Notes: a model not told the origin generated them from the sequence alone. 64,000 nucleotides of DNA from Candidatus Zhuqueibacterota bacterium (GCA_029262055.1 JAJDAD010000035.1:516-64515), one strand, 5' to 3'. Positions 9,874 to 20,069 are shown, counted from the first letter of the stretch. Program-made: numbers and translations.

Positions 9874-10067
9874 TTGGTTGTCCTAAAAAGAGTGCGCAGA
9901 TCGGGCAAGAAAAGAAATCCACGCGAATATATTACACCTGGGTCAAAGAGTCAATTTCTTACTTTTACTTTGATCCTTTGCCTCATATTCATTATAATGA
10001 AAAGCTCTTACGCAGAAAACTTTGCCTACAAACCGGTTAAAAGACGAAAAATACAAGGATCTTGTAA

Positions 10068-10400
10068 ATGAATCAGCAAACCCAGAATCAGCAAATAAAC
10101 GTGGAGCTTGGTGAAAAAGAGGCGGAGGGGATTTACAGCAATCTGGCGCTCATCACCCACTCACCGGCGGAGTTCGTTCTCGACTTCACACGCATGTTGC
10201 CCGGCATCCCGAAAACCAAGGTGTACGCACGCATTATCATGACGCCGCAGCACGCGAAGTCTTTCATGACTGCGCTGCAAGACAATGTCGGCAAATATGA
10301 AAAGCAGTTTGGCGAGATTAAAATCCATGGGAATCAACCGGACATGCAGCAGCAGATGGGGTTTACCCCGCCGCCGGATGGTGAGGGTAGCAAGAAGTAG
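10068..10400 (+). CDS. DUF3467 family protein
   Basis: EGIYSNLALITHSPAEFVLDF...ARIIMTPQHAK pattern. Confidence 0.85.
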   Translation: MNQQTQNQQINVELGEKEAEGIYSNLALITHSPAEFVLDFTRMLPGIPKTKVYARIIMTPQHAKSFMTALQDNVGKYEKQFGEIKIHGNQPDMQQQMGFTPPPDGEGSKK

Positions 10401-10423
10401 CGCAGCCACACCTGGGGAGGCTT

Positions 10424-10458
10424 GGGCAGGTTATCAGACGGATCACAATAACCTGCCC
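10424..10458. terminator. Hairpin between convergent genes, probable bidirectional terminator
   Basis: GGGCAGGTTAT (10424-10434) pairs with ATAACCTGCCC (10448-10458), an 11-bp stem. Confidence 0.65.
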
Positions 10459-10468
10459 CGTTTACTCC

Positions 10469-10885
10469 TCAAAAAAGCGGCTTACCAATCAACTCGAACA
10501 GCATAAATACAATAAAAAACAACGTTCCGCCTCCAAACACAATTAAGGCAGGCAACATCTTCAGATCTTCCTTCAATTCATTGCCATACTCGATGGCGGG
10601 CGCGATGCTAACCTGGACGTCAGCAACCAACCTGGTTTGACAAGCCAAACGCACGCCCCCTTTTTCTTCCAGATGCAACTTCTCTTTCCAGGTCATTGGG
10701 CTTAAACAGTCTTTGGCGTCAGCCTTGATGCGGTCGGTACCGCAAAGACCGAATCCGCGGCAGTTGAGTAATTTACCCGGACCTCCGTACACGTCAACCT
10801 TGTTCTTCTGGGCAATGGTTCGGATGTCCTGTCCTTCGTCGGCAGTCACAGTCAAATTAGCTTCTTTAAACTCAATGATTGGCAT
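10469..10885 (-). CDS. 2Fe-2S ferredoxin-like protein with C-terminal transmembrane helix
   Basis: NCRGFGLCGTD...RLACQ followed by a hydrophobic C-terminus. Confidence 0.8.
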   Translation of the reverse strand: MPIIEFKEANLTVTADEGQDIRTIAQKNKVDVYGGPGKLLNCRGFGLCGTDRIKADAKDCLSPMTWKEKLHLEEKGGVRLACQTRLVADVQVSIAPAIEYGNELKEDLKMLPALIVFGGGTLFFIVFMLFELIGKPLF

Positions 10886-11099
10886 GCGTTCCTCTTCGTT
10901 TTGTTTGTCCTAAACAGTTCATGAATCTGTGTATTGAGCACAAATCTGAAAACCACGGTCCTTCAGGAGGAATCCTTCTTGAATGGGCCCGGTAGCACTC
11001 AACGGACACGGATTCTACCAAAAACAAAAATGCTTCCAGGATGAGAAAAAGGCAGTTTATGAACAATGCAGGTCATAGACCCGGTGTGGCTGAAATTGT

Positions 11100-11810
11100 C
11101 TAATGCTCGCCGCTCTCTTCTTCCATCCGTTTCTTCGCTGTCTGGGCAAACTCAGTACCGGGATGCTGCGTGATTATCTCTTGCCAGTATTTGTCGGCTT
11201 CTTCGTGGTTGTGCAAGGCCGCATGGATCTCAGCCAAATAGTGCAGAGCGAAAGCATAGCCTGGGTCGGCTGCCAGCACCTCCTCGAGTAACGCGATTGC
11301 ACGATCGTTGTCCTGCAAATTGTGATTGGTCAGAGCCAGTGCGATCTTGACATCCTTGTTATCCGGTTCAATTGCCAGGTGCTTGTCGTAATAGGTACGG
11401 GCTTTATCATAGCTGCCGGCGATGGCAAACATAACCGCCAAGCTGTCGATTGCTACCAAGTCCTGCGGGTTGGCCTCAACTCTTTCCTGCAGTCGGGTGA
11501 GGGTGCCGTGCACCTGCTGCATCGCCTCTTCACTCATGCCGGCGCCCGCTTGTGTGGCGTTAGCGGATGCATTGACCGTCTCCGGGTCTTTGTTCACCCA
11601 AAATAGAAGAACCACAATCCCGGCGAAAATAGGGATAAAGAGGAAGGCTCCGAATGAATGGAGCCAGCTTTTAGCGGTAGCCTCCGGTTCGTGGATGTCA
11701 CTTTCTTGCGCTGTTTCAGCACTCAGTTTGGCGCCACATTCGTGGCAAAAACTCGCGTCGGATTTCAGCTTTTGGCCGCATTCAGTACAAAACAAATCTT
11801 GATCCTCCAA
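11100..11810 (-). CDS. Zinc-ribbon, transmembrane helix and TPR protein
   Basis: CTECG...CHECG, one hydrophobic segment, then TPR-like helical repeats. TTG start just after the upstream stop. Confidence 0.75.
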   Translation of the reverse strand: MEDQDLFCTECGQKLKSDASFCHECGAKLSAETAQESDIHEPEATAKSWLHSFGAFLFIPIFAGIVVLLFWVNKDPETVNASANATQAGAGMSEEAMQQVHGTLTRLQERVEANPQDLVAIDSLAVMFAIAGSYDKARTYYDKHLAIEPDNKDVKIALALTNHNLQDNDRAIALLEEVLAADPGYAFALHYLAEIHAALHNHEEADKYWQEIITQHPGTEFAQTAKKRMEEESGEH

Positions 11811-11812
11811 GG

Positions 11813-12649
11813 TTATTTGCGAAAAAACTCGCTAAAGATACGTTCCAGTGCGTCGATTTTTTGCAACTGATTATTTTGAGAATAAATTAGAACCAGATTT
11901 CTGACCATACGCGCCAGAATATCGCGCGGGTTTGCCGGGTCAAAATAAAAGTCGTAGAATGAATAGCCCATTTTGCGCAGAAGCCCCACGCAGTCATCGG
12001 CAGACATGACCGCGCCGTTGTTAAAGGCGTCGATAAAAAAGAAACTGGAATCAAAATCGTACTTGAGGAGAAAATGGCCGGGAAAGGCAACTCCCTGAAC
12101 AGGTAACTGCAGCCGTTCCGCTACAAAAAGGTAAATGGCGGACAGACTGATCGGAATACCGAGTTTCCGGTCCAGGACCCGGTTGATGTAGCTGTTTTGC
12201 GGATCGTAGTAGGCTTCGTCGTTTCCCTGGAAACGTGATCCGAAAAGGAACTTACCCAAAAACTCAACCCGCTTCTTTTCGTTGGTCATCCACTTCATAT
12301 GCAGGAAAGCGTCATTCGCCAAATCATCGAACTTGCGGCTGTAGGCAGAAACGCAGAGTTGGGGGTATTCGATCTGGGCCAGAATGAGAGACGCCGTCTC
12401 CAGGTCGAACTCCTCCTTGCAGCTTATCCGGCTGACTTCCTCGGTAAGTTGATTAAGACGGTTGGCCTCGAGGATTGCCCGCGCCTCGATCCGGATGCGA
12501 CCTTCGGCCTCACTATTCACCACCTTTTCCAGGATGGGTTCAATCGGATCGCCAAAGGACAACAGCTTGTTGTGCGCGACCGCCCGTATCTTGGAATCGG
12601 GATCGCCAAGGAGAAATATCAATGCCTTGATTTCTTCAAGGTTGAGCAT
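11813..12649 (-). CDS. SirB1-like transglutaminase-fold protein
   Basis: YYDPQNSYINRVLDRKLGIPISL and GVAFPGHFLL. Confidence 0.82.
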   Translation of the reverse strand: MLNLEEIKALIFLLGDPDSKIRAVAHNKLLSFGDPIEPILEKVVNSEAEGRIRIEARAILEANRLNQLTEEVSRISCKEEFDLETASLILAQIEYPQLCVSAYSRKFDDLANDAFLHMKWMTNEKKRVEFLGKFLFGSRFQGNDEAYYDPQNSYINRVLDRKLGIPISLSAIYLFVAERLQLPVQGVAFPGHFLLKYDFDSSFFFIDAFNNGAVMSADDCVGLLRKMGYSFYDFYFDPANPRDILARMVRNLVLIYSQNNQLQKIDALERIFSEFFRK

Positions 12650-12663
12650 TGGATTCTATGCGC

Positions 12664-13308
12664 CTAACGTTTCGTCCGTAAAGACTCCTTACTGAAACGA
12701 CTCTCCGTGCCCTTCAGCAAACGTCGTATGTTGTCACGGTGCGTAAAAACAATCAGTCCGCTGATCAAAAAACTTAGTCCCAGCAGTGGATTTGAGATGG
12801 GCTTATCAAAGAATCTACTCAATAGCAGCAACGCAGCCGGGAATGCTGAAGCAGCGGCCATCGAGCCGAGAGAAACGTAGCGGGTCCTCCAAAAGACAGC
12901 TACAAAGACCAATGCACAGATCAAAGCGGCCCAGGGAAAAATGGCGATCATCATGCCGCCGGCCGTGGCAACACCCTTGCCGCCTTTAAACTTGGCCAGA
13001 ACAGTCCAAATATGACCGACAACGGCAAAAGAGCCGGCCAACACCTGCACCATTTCATGCGTAATAGGCACTGCATCCATACGGATGCGGGAAATGAGCG
13101 CTGCCGCTAGTACGCCCTTGCCGACATCGATCAAACTCACACCGACGCCGGCACGCCACCCAAGTACACGAAAGGCATTTGTGCCACCCGGATTCTTGCT
13201 ACCGTAGTCCCGGATATCAATCCTGCGCGTTAGCCTGCCCCAAACAATCGCGGACGGAAACGAGCCTACCAAATAAGACAAAAGTACTATTACAAGGAGT
13301 GAAGACAT
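12664..13308 (-). CDS. plsY: Glycerol-3-phosphate acyltransferase (acyl-phosphate dependent)
   Basis: YLVGSFP, DIRDYGSKNPGGTNAFR, GH...FKGGKGVAT, HRDNIRRL. Confidence 0.95.
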   Translation of the reverse strand: MSSLLVIVLLSYLVGSFPSAIVWGRLTRRIDIRDYGSKNPGGTNAFRVLGWRAGVGVSLIDVGKGVLAAALISRIRMDAVPITHEMVQVLAGSFAVVGHIWTVLAKFKGGKGVATAGGMMIAIFPWAALICALVFVAVFWRTRYVSLGSMAAASAFPAALLLLSRFFDKPISNPLLGLSFLISGLIVFTHRDNIRRLLKGTESRFSKESLRTKR

Positions 13309-13309
13309 A

Positions 13310-15103
13310 TCAATCTCCGAGAAAAGCGACCCCGGCAGCCCCCGGTCCAGCGTGAGCGCCTAGAGCCGGTGAGACATTCACCGTTATAATATCCCTAACT
13401 TCGCATTGTTTTTCGATCTGGTCACGAAGCCATGCCGCTTTTTCGATGGCATTGGCATGGGCGACGGCAAACCGTAAATTCTTCTTGCCTCTGGCCTCTT
13501 TGCGGATAAACTTCATAACCTTCTTCAAAGAAGCCTGAGCACCCAGCACGCGGGCCGCCACTTCCACCTGACCATCCTGGGTGAGACGCAAGATGGGTTT
13601 GAGATTCAAACCACGAGCAACAATACCCCTTGACCTGCTGAGCCTGCCCCCCCGAATCAAGTATTCAACCGTGTCAATGGCAACATAAAACCGAATCTTA
13701 TTTGCGGCCGCCTCAACTTTTGAAACCACTTCATCTAAGTCGCACCCCTGTTCGATGGCGCGGGCAGCTTCCGCGACCAGCAAGCCCAATCCTATGCAGA
13801 CATTGCGACCGTCCAGCACTCGCAGCTTGCCGTCCGGCACGCCTTTGGCTGCGGTCCGTGCCGCCTGCAGCGTGCCGCTGAGCACTCCCGACAGATGAAT
13901 CGATACGGCCTGGTCGTAGTGTCCCCAAAGCTGTTCATAGGTGTTTGCAAAATCACCCGGAGTCGGCTGCGATGTTTTGGGATAGTACCCCGACTCCGTA
14001 AGCATCCGGTAGTACTCCTTCGGTGTAATGGTGATCTTGTCGATGTAATTTTGCTGCCCAAACGACAGTTGTACAGGCACCGTCTGTATGTTGTGCCGGA
14101 TGATGAACTCGGGTTCCAGATCACATGAGCTGTCGGTGACCAGGGCAATCGAGCTTGTTCGCTCAGCCGCATGCGCATCGGTGTGCTGCTTGCGCATATC
14201 GTCAAACTTCCGCCTGCTGACCTGGCCGTAACGTCCCGCTATTTCGAAAACGGTCTCGGGTTCGTTGGTGTGAACGTGCACACGCATTTTCTCGGTTGAG
14301 CCTGCGACGATCAAAGAGTTTCCGATCTGTCGCAACTCGTCTCGTAGTTGCACGCGTGCAATCCGCTCTCCTTCGATGAAACACTCAGTGCAGTATTGAA
14401 ACAAAATATCCTGGGGCATGGCCTCGACTTTAGCGCCGGAATCAGAGGAGGCGCCAATCCCGACCGCTTGTTCGATCTTGCCGGTCAACACGAAATTCAG
14501 AATGCCTTCCAGCATATGGACAAAACCCTGGGCGCCCGCATCCACAACGCCGGCTTTGGCCAGCATCTTAAGCTTCTTGGGGGTATCATTTAAGGAACTC
14601 TGGGCCGCTCTCAGACCCTGGCTGATCAGGTCAATGAAATCATGGGCATGGTGGCAATAGCTGCGCGCATGCTCAGCCCAGTCGTGAATCACGGTCAGGA
14701 TCGTGCCTTCCTGTGGTTCGGTTATAGCTTCGTAGGAGGAGTTTCTGGCCTGCTGTGCCACAGCGCCAAACTGAACGAGTGAAATACGCTGTTCGTTCCT
14801 GAGTTTCTCCGAAAATCCCTGGAAGAATTGTGCCAGAATCGCACCGGAATTGCCACGCGCCCCCATCAAAGCCGAGTCGGCCAGCCTCCGGCTCATTTCA
14901 GAAATGCTGGCGTCGTGGCAACTGATGGCTCCCTCAGCCACACTTTGCAGGGTAAGGGCCATATTGGTGCCGGTATCATTATCAGGCACCGGGAAGACGT
15001 TCATTCGATTCAATCGTTCCTGCATTAGTATTACACGTCTGGCGCCGGCAATCACAGCCTGTTTCAACCGCAAGCCATCAATATATCCAATTTTGCTTGT
15101 CAT
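13310..15103 (-). CDS. DAK2 (FakA-like) and DegV (FakB-like) fusion, putative fatty acid kinase
   Basis: N-terminus NVFPVPDNDTGTNM, GARGNSG, GVVDAGAQG; C-terminus VTDSSCDL, KTSQP, SGVLSGT, YLIRGGR, GAHAGPG. Confidence 0.9.
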   Translation of the reverse strand: MTSKIGYIDGLRLKQAVIAGARRVILMQERLNRMNVFPVPDNDTGTNMALTLQSVAEGAISCHDASISEMSRRLADSALMGARGNSGAILAQFFQGFSEKLRNEQRISLVQFGAVAQQARNSSYEAITEPQEGTILTVIHDWAEHARSYCHHAHDFIDLISQGLRAAQSSLNDTPKKLKMLAKAGVVDAGAQGFVHMLEGILNFVLTGKIEQAVGIGASSDSGAKVEAMPQDILFQYCTECFIEGERIARVQLRDELRQIGNSLIVAGSTEKMRVHVHTNEPETVFEIAGRYGQVSRRKFDDMRKQHTDAHAAERTSSIALVTDSSCDLEPEFIIRHNIQTVPVQLSFGQQNYIDKITITPKEYYRMLTESGYYPKTSQPTPGDFANTYEQLWGHYDQAVSIHLSGVLSGTLQAARTAAKGVPDGKLRVLDGRNVCIGLGLLVAEAARAIEQGCDLDEVVSKVEAAANKIRFYVAIDTVEYLIRGGRLSRSRGIVARGLNLKPILRLTQDGQVEVAARVLGAQASLKKVMKFIRKEARGKKNLRFAVAHANAIEKAAWLRDQIEKQCEVRDIITVNVSPALGAHAGPGAAGVAFLGD

Positions 15104-15493
15104 TTTTCGGCAGGTTTTTTATTATCCACACCTGGTCGCAAGCTTCGATTGTCCTGTCCCGCCGCTCAAATGCCTGTCCTCTTAGCCTCTGCTTCGGAGG
15201 GAAGTCAGTAGGAAACAGGCCGGCAGCAACGACTTTTTATAAGTCCAAATCGTCATCAAGGTACTTGGATAGCGCCTAAAAAGCAAGGACAAATTCAGGC
15301 TGGACCGGGGCAGCAGCACGGCTGCGCAACTGCGCGGAACCGGCAGCCAAACGTAGCAGGCACGTCAACAAATTCGGACATTCTGAAAAATCTCGGGACA
15401 AGGGAACGATGAAGAAAGACATTCGTGTAATAATTTTATGCTAAGCACAGAAACACCCCTTCAGCTCAAACAACTCGATGGAGAAAGGAACCC

Positions 15494-16699
15494 ATGAAAC
15501 AACTTGTTATGACTTTGACTCTGGCTATACTTGGTGCAATGTTGGTGGAAATCGCTCCTGCCCAGACTGCGGACGAACTCAATCGAAAAGCGATGGAACT
15601 AATCAGCAAAGGCAATCTTAATGAAGCTATCGAAGCGTTGCAGTCCGCAACCAAAACCGATTCGAACTACGCAACAACATACATCAACCTGGGATTCCTG
15701 TACTACTCTAACGGTATGCTGGAGCAGGCGATAGCCCTGTACGCCAAAGCGCTGCAACTGGAACCGAAAAACCCCCTGGCTCACAATAATGTCGGCGCTG
15801 CATTGCTGGCCGCCGGAGATTACAAGCGGGCCATCCTGGAGTACAAGCTTGCGCTCAAATATGAGCCGAATTATCCGGAAGCTCACAACAATCTGTCCTA
15901 CGCCCTAAACTCCGTCGGCGCTTATGACCTGGCGATTGAAGAGGCAACCAATGCCATTGACCTCAAACCTGACTATGCGCGGGCCTTCAACAATCTCGGC
16001 ATGGCCTATCACTCCAAAGGTCAGTTTGATGACGCGGTTTTGAAGTATCAGAAGGCGCTGGAACTGGCTCCGGAACTGATTGTCGCTTTAAACAACCTCG
16101 GTACGACTTATCGCTTTCAGGGGAAATTTACGGAGAGCATCGAGCAGCATAAGAAAGCCATCGCACTGGATTCGCTCAACGTGGAGTCCTTCAACAGCAT
16201 GGGGTTGGCGTTCATGAACCAGGGTGAGAGCAAAACCGCAATCGACTGGTTCAAGAAGGCGTTGGAAATCTCGCCCAACTATGCCATTACACACAACAAT
16301 CTCTCTTACACATATTACGATATATTGGATTATGCCATGGCCATGCAGCATGCCTCCGCTGCCGAAAGACACGGCCTCAGAATGAACAGTACCTACATGG
16401 AAGATCTGAAAAAATCTCTGGATCCCGAGTTCTACCGTGCCCGCCACATCCTCGTAAAAACGGAGGCAGAGGCACAGGCTATTCTGGTCGAAATTGGAAA
16501 AGGTGAACAATTCGGCCGTCTGGCGCTTGGCAAGTCGCTCGACAAAAACTCAGCCAAGAAGGGTGGCGACCTCGGCTACTTCAAGAAGGGTGACATGATG
16601 CCCGATTTTGAGGCGGCCATCTTAGCCATAAAAGTAGGACAGGTGAGCAAATCGGTCAAGACCGACCTCGGCTATCATCTTTTTCAGCGCCTGAAATAG
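15494..16699 (+). CDS. Secreted TPR protein with C-terminal PpiC/parvulin peptidyl-prolyl isomerase domain
   Basis: Signal peptide, about 8 TPRs (NNLG repeats), then ARHILVK...GGDLGYF...FE...GYHL. Confidence 0.88.
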   Translation: MKQLVMTLTLAILGAMLVEIAPAQTADELNRKAMELISKGNLNEAIEALQSATKTDSNYATTYINLGFLYYSNGMLEQAIALYAKALQLEPKNPLAHNNVGAALLAAGDYKRAILEYKLALKYEPNYPEAHNNLSYALNSVGAYDLAIEEATNAIDLKPDYARAFNNLGMAYHSKGQFDDAVLKYQKALELAPELIVALNNLGTTYRFQGKFTESIEQHKKAIALDSLNVESFNSMGLAFMNQGESKTAIDWFKKALEISPNYAITHNNLSYTYYDILDYAMAMQHASAAERHGLRMNSTYMEDLKKSLDPEFYRARHILVKTEAEAQAILVEIGKGEQFGRLALGKSLDKNSAKKGGDLGYFKKGDMMPDFEAAILAIKVGQVSKSVKTDLGYHLFQRLK

Positions 16700-16766
16700 C
16701 TGGTCTGCACTATTCACAAACTGCCTTTTGGGTCGCCCGGAAGGTTCTTTCCTGGAGAACACAAAA

Positions 16767-16800
16767 CAACAACCCGCCCCGATCACGAGGCGGGTTGTTG
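16767..16800. terminator. Intrinsic terminator between convergent genes
   Basis: CAACAACCCGCC (16767-16778) pairs with GGCGGGTTGTTG (16789-16800); a T-run follows on the minus strand. Confidence 0.75.
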
Positions 16801-16805
16801 AAGCT

Positions 16806-17378
16806 CTATCCGGCTAGTTTACAAGACGCCAGAAACCCCTGAAAAGCAGCCTCCCATTTCGCAACTGTATCCTTTGGGCCGACAAATTTGACAAACCAGG
16901 GACCGCCTGCACCCTCGATCACGGCCGCGAGCATCCTGAATCCGGGCTTTTCCGTAGCGGTTGGCGCCATCGGGCGCGTTTTGAACAGGTACGTTCCCGT
17001 AATGTCAACATGGGTTTGCGCCAGACCGTTTACCTCTGTTCGCTTAGGCTCACTGGCGGCAACATCCGCCTCACTAAACTGAGAAATCCAGCGTTGGATA
17101 TTGGCGTCCGTTCCACCACCTTCGCCACCGAAATAGAAAATGACCAAAGAAGCATCCTCAGCATCAGATCCGGAACGCGGCAAACTGAACTGAGCGATTC
17201 GCATTGACGAGGTCGGCTGCTCTGCTGTCCAGTCGTTCGGCACCTGCCAGGACAGGCCACTGCCGGAGCCGCTCTTAGTCGTTGTCACGGCTTCTGTCTT
17301 GCTCGCCATATCGTCGTTGGATGGTTCACCACATGCGATGAACAAAAATAGTCCTAAGAAGAGAAGAGATGTCATCAT
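16806..17378 (-). CDS. Hypothetical lipoprotein
   Basis: Lipobox FIAC, SD AGGAG, conserved-looking core VPNDW...SMRIAQF...GG...ANIQRWISQF. Confidence 0.75.
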   Translation of the reverse strand: MMTSLLFLGLFLFIACGEPSNDDMASKTEAVTTTKSGSGSGLSWQVPNDWTAEQPTSSMRIAQFSLPRSGSDAEDASLVIFYFGGEGGGTDANIQRWISQFSEADVAASEPKRTEVNGLAQTHVDITGTYLFKTRPMAPTATEKPGFRMLAAVIEGAGGPWFVKFVGPKDTVAKWEAAFQGFLASCKLAG

Positions 17379-17521
17379 TACTCCTGTTATTTAGGTTTGG
17401 TTGGGATGCAATTTGTGTATTGAGTTGACTTTCCTTTCTCGCTCCATCTCCCTGCTATCGTGCGGCGAGTGCTCACCTGGGTAATTCAGCCGGAGCTTCT
17501 TGCACGCCCGTGATGACTGAC

Positions 17522-19966
17522 TCACGAGCGCTCGCTATCGGCCGCTTCAATTAACTTGATCAAGTCATACAAATGCGCCCTGGTCATCAGGTCATTTGTC
17601 TCGCCTTCTGCCCGTTTCAGCTTCTCCAGCAGGCGATTCGCCGAGTAGCGTGCGAGAGCACGCAGGTCGTTATTAACGGCGCTGTCATCGTTGTATTGCG
17701 CCACCAGTTTTGCCACATACGCCCGCTGCAGGTTACGCCGGAAAATCCCGATCTCCCCGGTATCGCTATCCAATTCCGAAAAAATGCCGGCGGTCAACTG
17801 CGTCACCATGTCGCTGAGCGTGTATGTTTCGTACCCGGATGCCTCCACGTCCGCCATGCGCTTGGCTCGCTCGCCGCTGAACAACATATCCAGCAGCCTC
17901 TGCTGGTACTGCAAAATACGATTCTGGGTGTCGAGAACGCCGATGCGCGACACGACCTCCTGCTTGACGAGCCATGACGGCACCTCAAAAGCGTTTGACA
18001 AAAGAAAAGCCAGGGCCTTCTGTTGGTCATCGGCAGGCAACGGTTCGTACAAATCCGCGCCCTGACCATAGAGGAGCCGATTCACCCGCACACCGCCAAT
18101 CTGGTTTGCAACATGAGCGAGTTCCGTCCTGACCTGTGAGACGACAAAGCCGTAGATCTCTCTCAGGAGCCGGTAATCCTTGCTTTCCACGGAAGTTCCG
18201 GGAACGATGTAGCCCATGACGCGCTCGAGATTGAGAAAACCGAGCCGGGTTGCTTCGAGCACATCGTTGGTCAAGTCCTCGGTTTGGCTGGTGGGATCAC
18301 CGCGTCCGACAACTCCGTCTTCCCGGCCACCGCTGAAGCGCACCAGGGGATCGGTTAGCTGGCGTTCCGCGATTTTGTCCAGATGTTTCTTGTCCTCTTC
18401 GTAAGTGCGTGTTTTCGGAAACTCCCGGTAGCCCCATTCGATGGCAAACCGGTCGTAAGGTCCGATTTTTGAAATGAAGTCCGCATTGTCCCCGGGTTGT
18501 GCCACATAGTTGGCCCGCGCATACTCCATGATCGAAGCCACGATTCCGTTCTTTCTGGTCCAGTCCTTGTCCCGTAGCTGCTCTACGCTGTACGCATAAG
18601 ATGCGCGATAGTTGTGCCGCAACCCGATGGTGTGTCCGACCTCGTGGGCCACCACGCGACGCACAAAACGGCCCATGAGTTCGTCGGGATAAGGCAGTTT
18701 TTGATACTTAGTCCCCGCATGTGCTGACGCCTGTACAAAGAACCAGTTGCGGTAGGTGCTGACGTGATTGTGGAAGAAGCGTATATCCGATTCCAGGATT
18801 TCGCCTGTGCGCGGGTCAGCCACGTGCGGGCCAAAGGCGTTACGCGTCTTCACCGGCAGCCAGCGTACGGTGGAGAAGCGGGCGTCTTCCGCGTCCCAGT
18901 CAGGATCCTCTGCCTGACTCGGCGCATACTTGCCGACAATGGCGTTCTTGAAACCGGCAGCCTCGAATGCCAGCTGCCACATTTCAATCCCTTCCTTTAC
19001 GTACTTCTTCCATTTTTCCGGCACTTCGCGGCCGACGTAGTAGACGATAGGTTTGACCGGCTCGCTAAGCCTGGCCCCGGGTTTCTTTTTGACCAGGCGC
19101 CAACGTTTGATGAAACGAACATCCTCAACCTGAACATTCTCGTCCGTGTAGTTTTCAAAAGTGCCGGTGAAGTAGCCGACACGATTGTCGAATTCGCGCG
19201 GGCGCATGGGGCTTTCCGGCAACTGGATCATGCTGTTGTGTACTTCGACAGTCACGCTGCCAAGCGACGGGTCGCTACGGCGCGGCTGCGGTGGTCCCTC
19301 GGTCCTGGGCGCGAAAAAATTCACCGGCTCCACCTTGAACGTGGCGGTCACCCGGATCTCGAGATTGATCGGAAATGCTTTTACCGATGAAATGAAGGTG
19401 CGGTCTTTGTCGATAGATTTGGCGCGCAGTGCGTTCTTCGGACTGAACTCCGGCGTGTCGTCCGTGAAGAGTGCGGAGACGTCGATCACCGGAATACTGT
19501 CCGGAGCAAAAGTAACAATCTTGAACGTTTTGATGATAGCCTCGATACTGGCATCGGCCACGCCAAGTGCCTCAGGCGTACCCACTCGTGCGCGTTTTTC
19601 ATATTCGACATTACGCAGGAGGATTCGGTCGTTGACCCGTTGCCAGCGCACCACCCGGTTGCCGAGAGGATAGCCGCCGTACTGATAACCGGTCTGTGTT
19701 TTGGAAATCTGGTAAACCCAGAGAAACTCCTGGTCCAATTGCCCCGGCGGGATCTGATAATAGAGTTTGCCCTCTACCTGGTGCGTGGTGAAGAGCCCCT
19801 GCCTGGTCAGCGCTTCCCCGGTAATTACTTCGGAGTAGGGCTTGAATTTGGGTGTTTCCTTCTTTTCTTCTTCTGTTTCTACAACGGACTGAGCAGCAGC
19901 CGCAACAGAAATGAATACAAAAGGCAGCACGAAAAGTGCGATGAGCGCACGCTTAAATTGACACAT
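17522..19966 (-). CDS. Secreted metzincin zinc metalloprotease (DUF5117/DUF4953-like)
   Basis: Signal peptide, HEVGHTIGLRHN, Met-turn SIMEY, DPRTGEILESD. Confidence 0.9.
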   Translation of the reverse strand: MCQFKRALIALFVLPFVFISVAAAAQSVVETEEEKKETPKFKPYSEVITGEALTRQGLFTTHQVEGKLYYQIPPGQLDQEFLWVYQISKTQTGYQYGGYPLGNRVVRWQRVNDRILLRNVEYEKRARVGTPEALGVADASIEAIIKTFKIVTFAPDSIPVIDVSALFTDDTPEFSPKNALRAKSIDKDRTFISSVKAFPINLEIRVTATFKVEPVNFFAPRTEGPPQPRRSDPSLGSVTVEVHNSMIQLPESPMRPREFDNRVGYFTGTFENYTDENVQVEDVRFIKRWRLVKKKPGARLSEPVKPIVYYVGREVPEKWKKYVKEGIEMWQLAFEAAGFKNAIVGKYAPSQAEDPDWDAEDARFSTVRWLPVKTRNAFGPHVADPRTGEILESDIRFFHNHVSTYRNWFFVQASAHAGTKYQKLPYPDELMGRFVRRVVAHEVGHTIGLRHNYRASYAYSVEQLRDKDWTRKNGIVASIMEYARANYVAQPGDNADFISKIGPYDRFAIEWGYREFPKTRTYEEDKKHLDKIAERQLTDPLVRFSGGREDGVVGRGDPTSQTEDLTNDVLEATRLGFLNLERVMGYIVPGTSVESKDYRLLREIYGFVVSQVRTELAHVANQIGGVRVNRLLYGQGADLYEPLPADDQQKALAFLLSNAFEVPSWLVKQEVVSRIGVLDTQNRILQYQQRLLDMLFSGERAKRMADVEASGYETYTLSDMVTQLTAGIFSELDSDTGEIGIFRRNLQRAYVAKLVAQYNDDSAVNNDLRALARYSANRLLEKLKRAEGETNDLMTRAHLYDLIKLIEAADSERS

Positions 19967-20069
19967 TCTTTACCTCCGAGACACATAACCTGGGAATTAA
20001 TCTCAATGTGCGAAAGTGCCGTATAGTTTGCAAGGGAAAGCTGAGCGGAAAATGCGGGGATGAGCAAAC

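Noticed and set aside
10957-10989. Imperfect hairpin upstream of the ferredoxin gene
   Set aside because: It could be a terminator for the plsY operon, but the stem is bulged and the U-tract is displaced, so it is too weak to call.
15122-15130. Perfect DnaA box TTATCCACA upstream of the DAK2-DegV gene
   Set aside because: Single copy. Roughly 0.5 hits are expected by chance in 64 kb on both strands, and there is no box cluster or dnaA/dnaN context.
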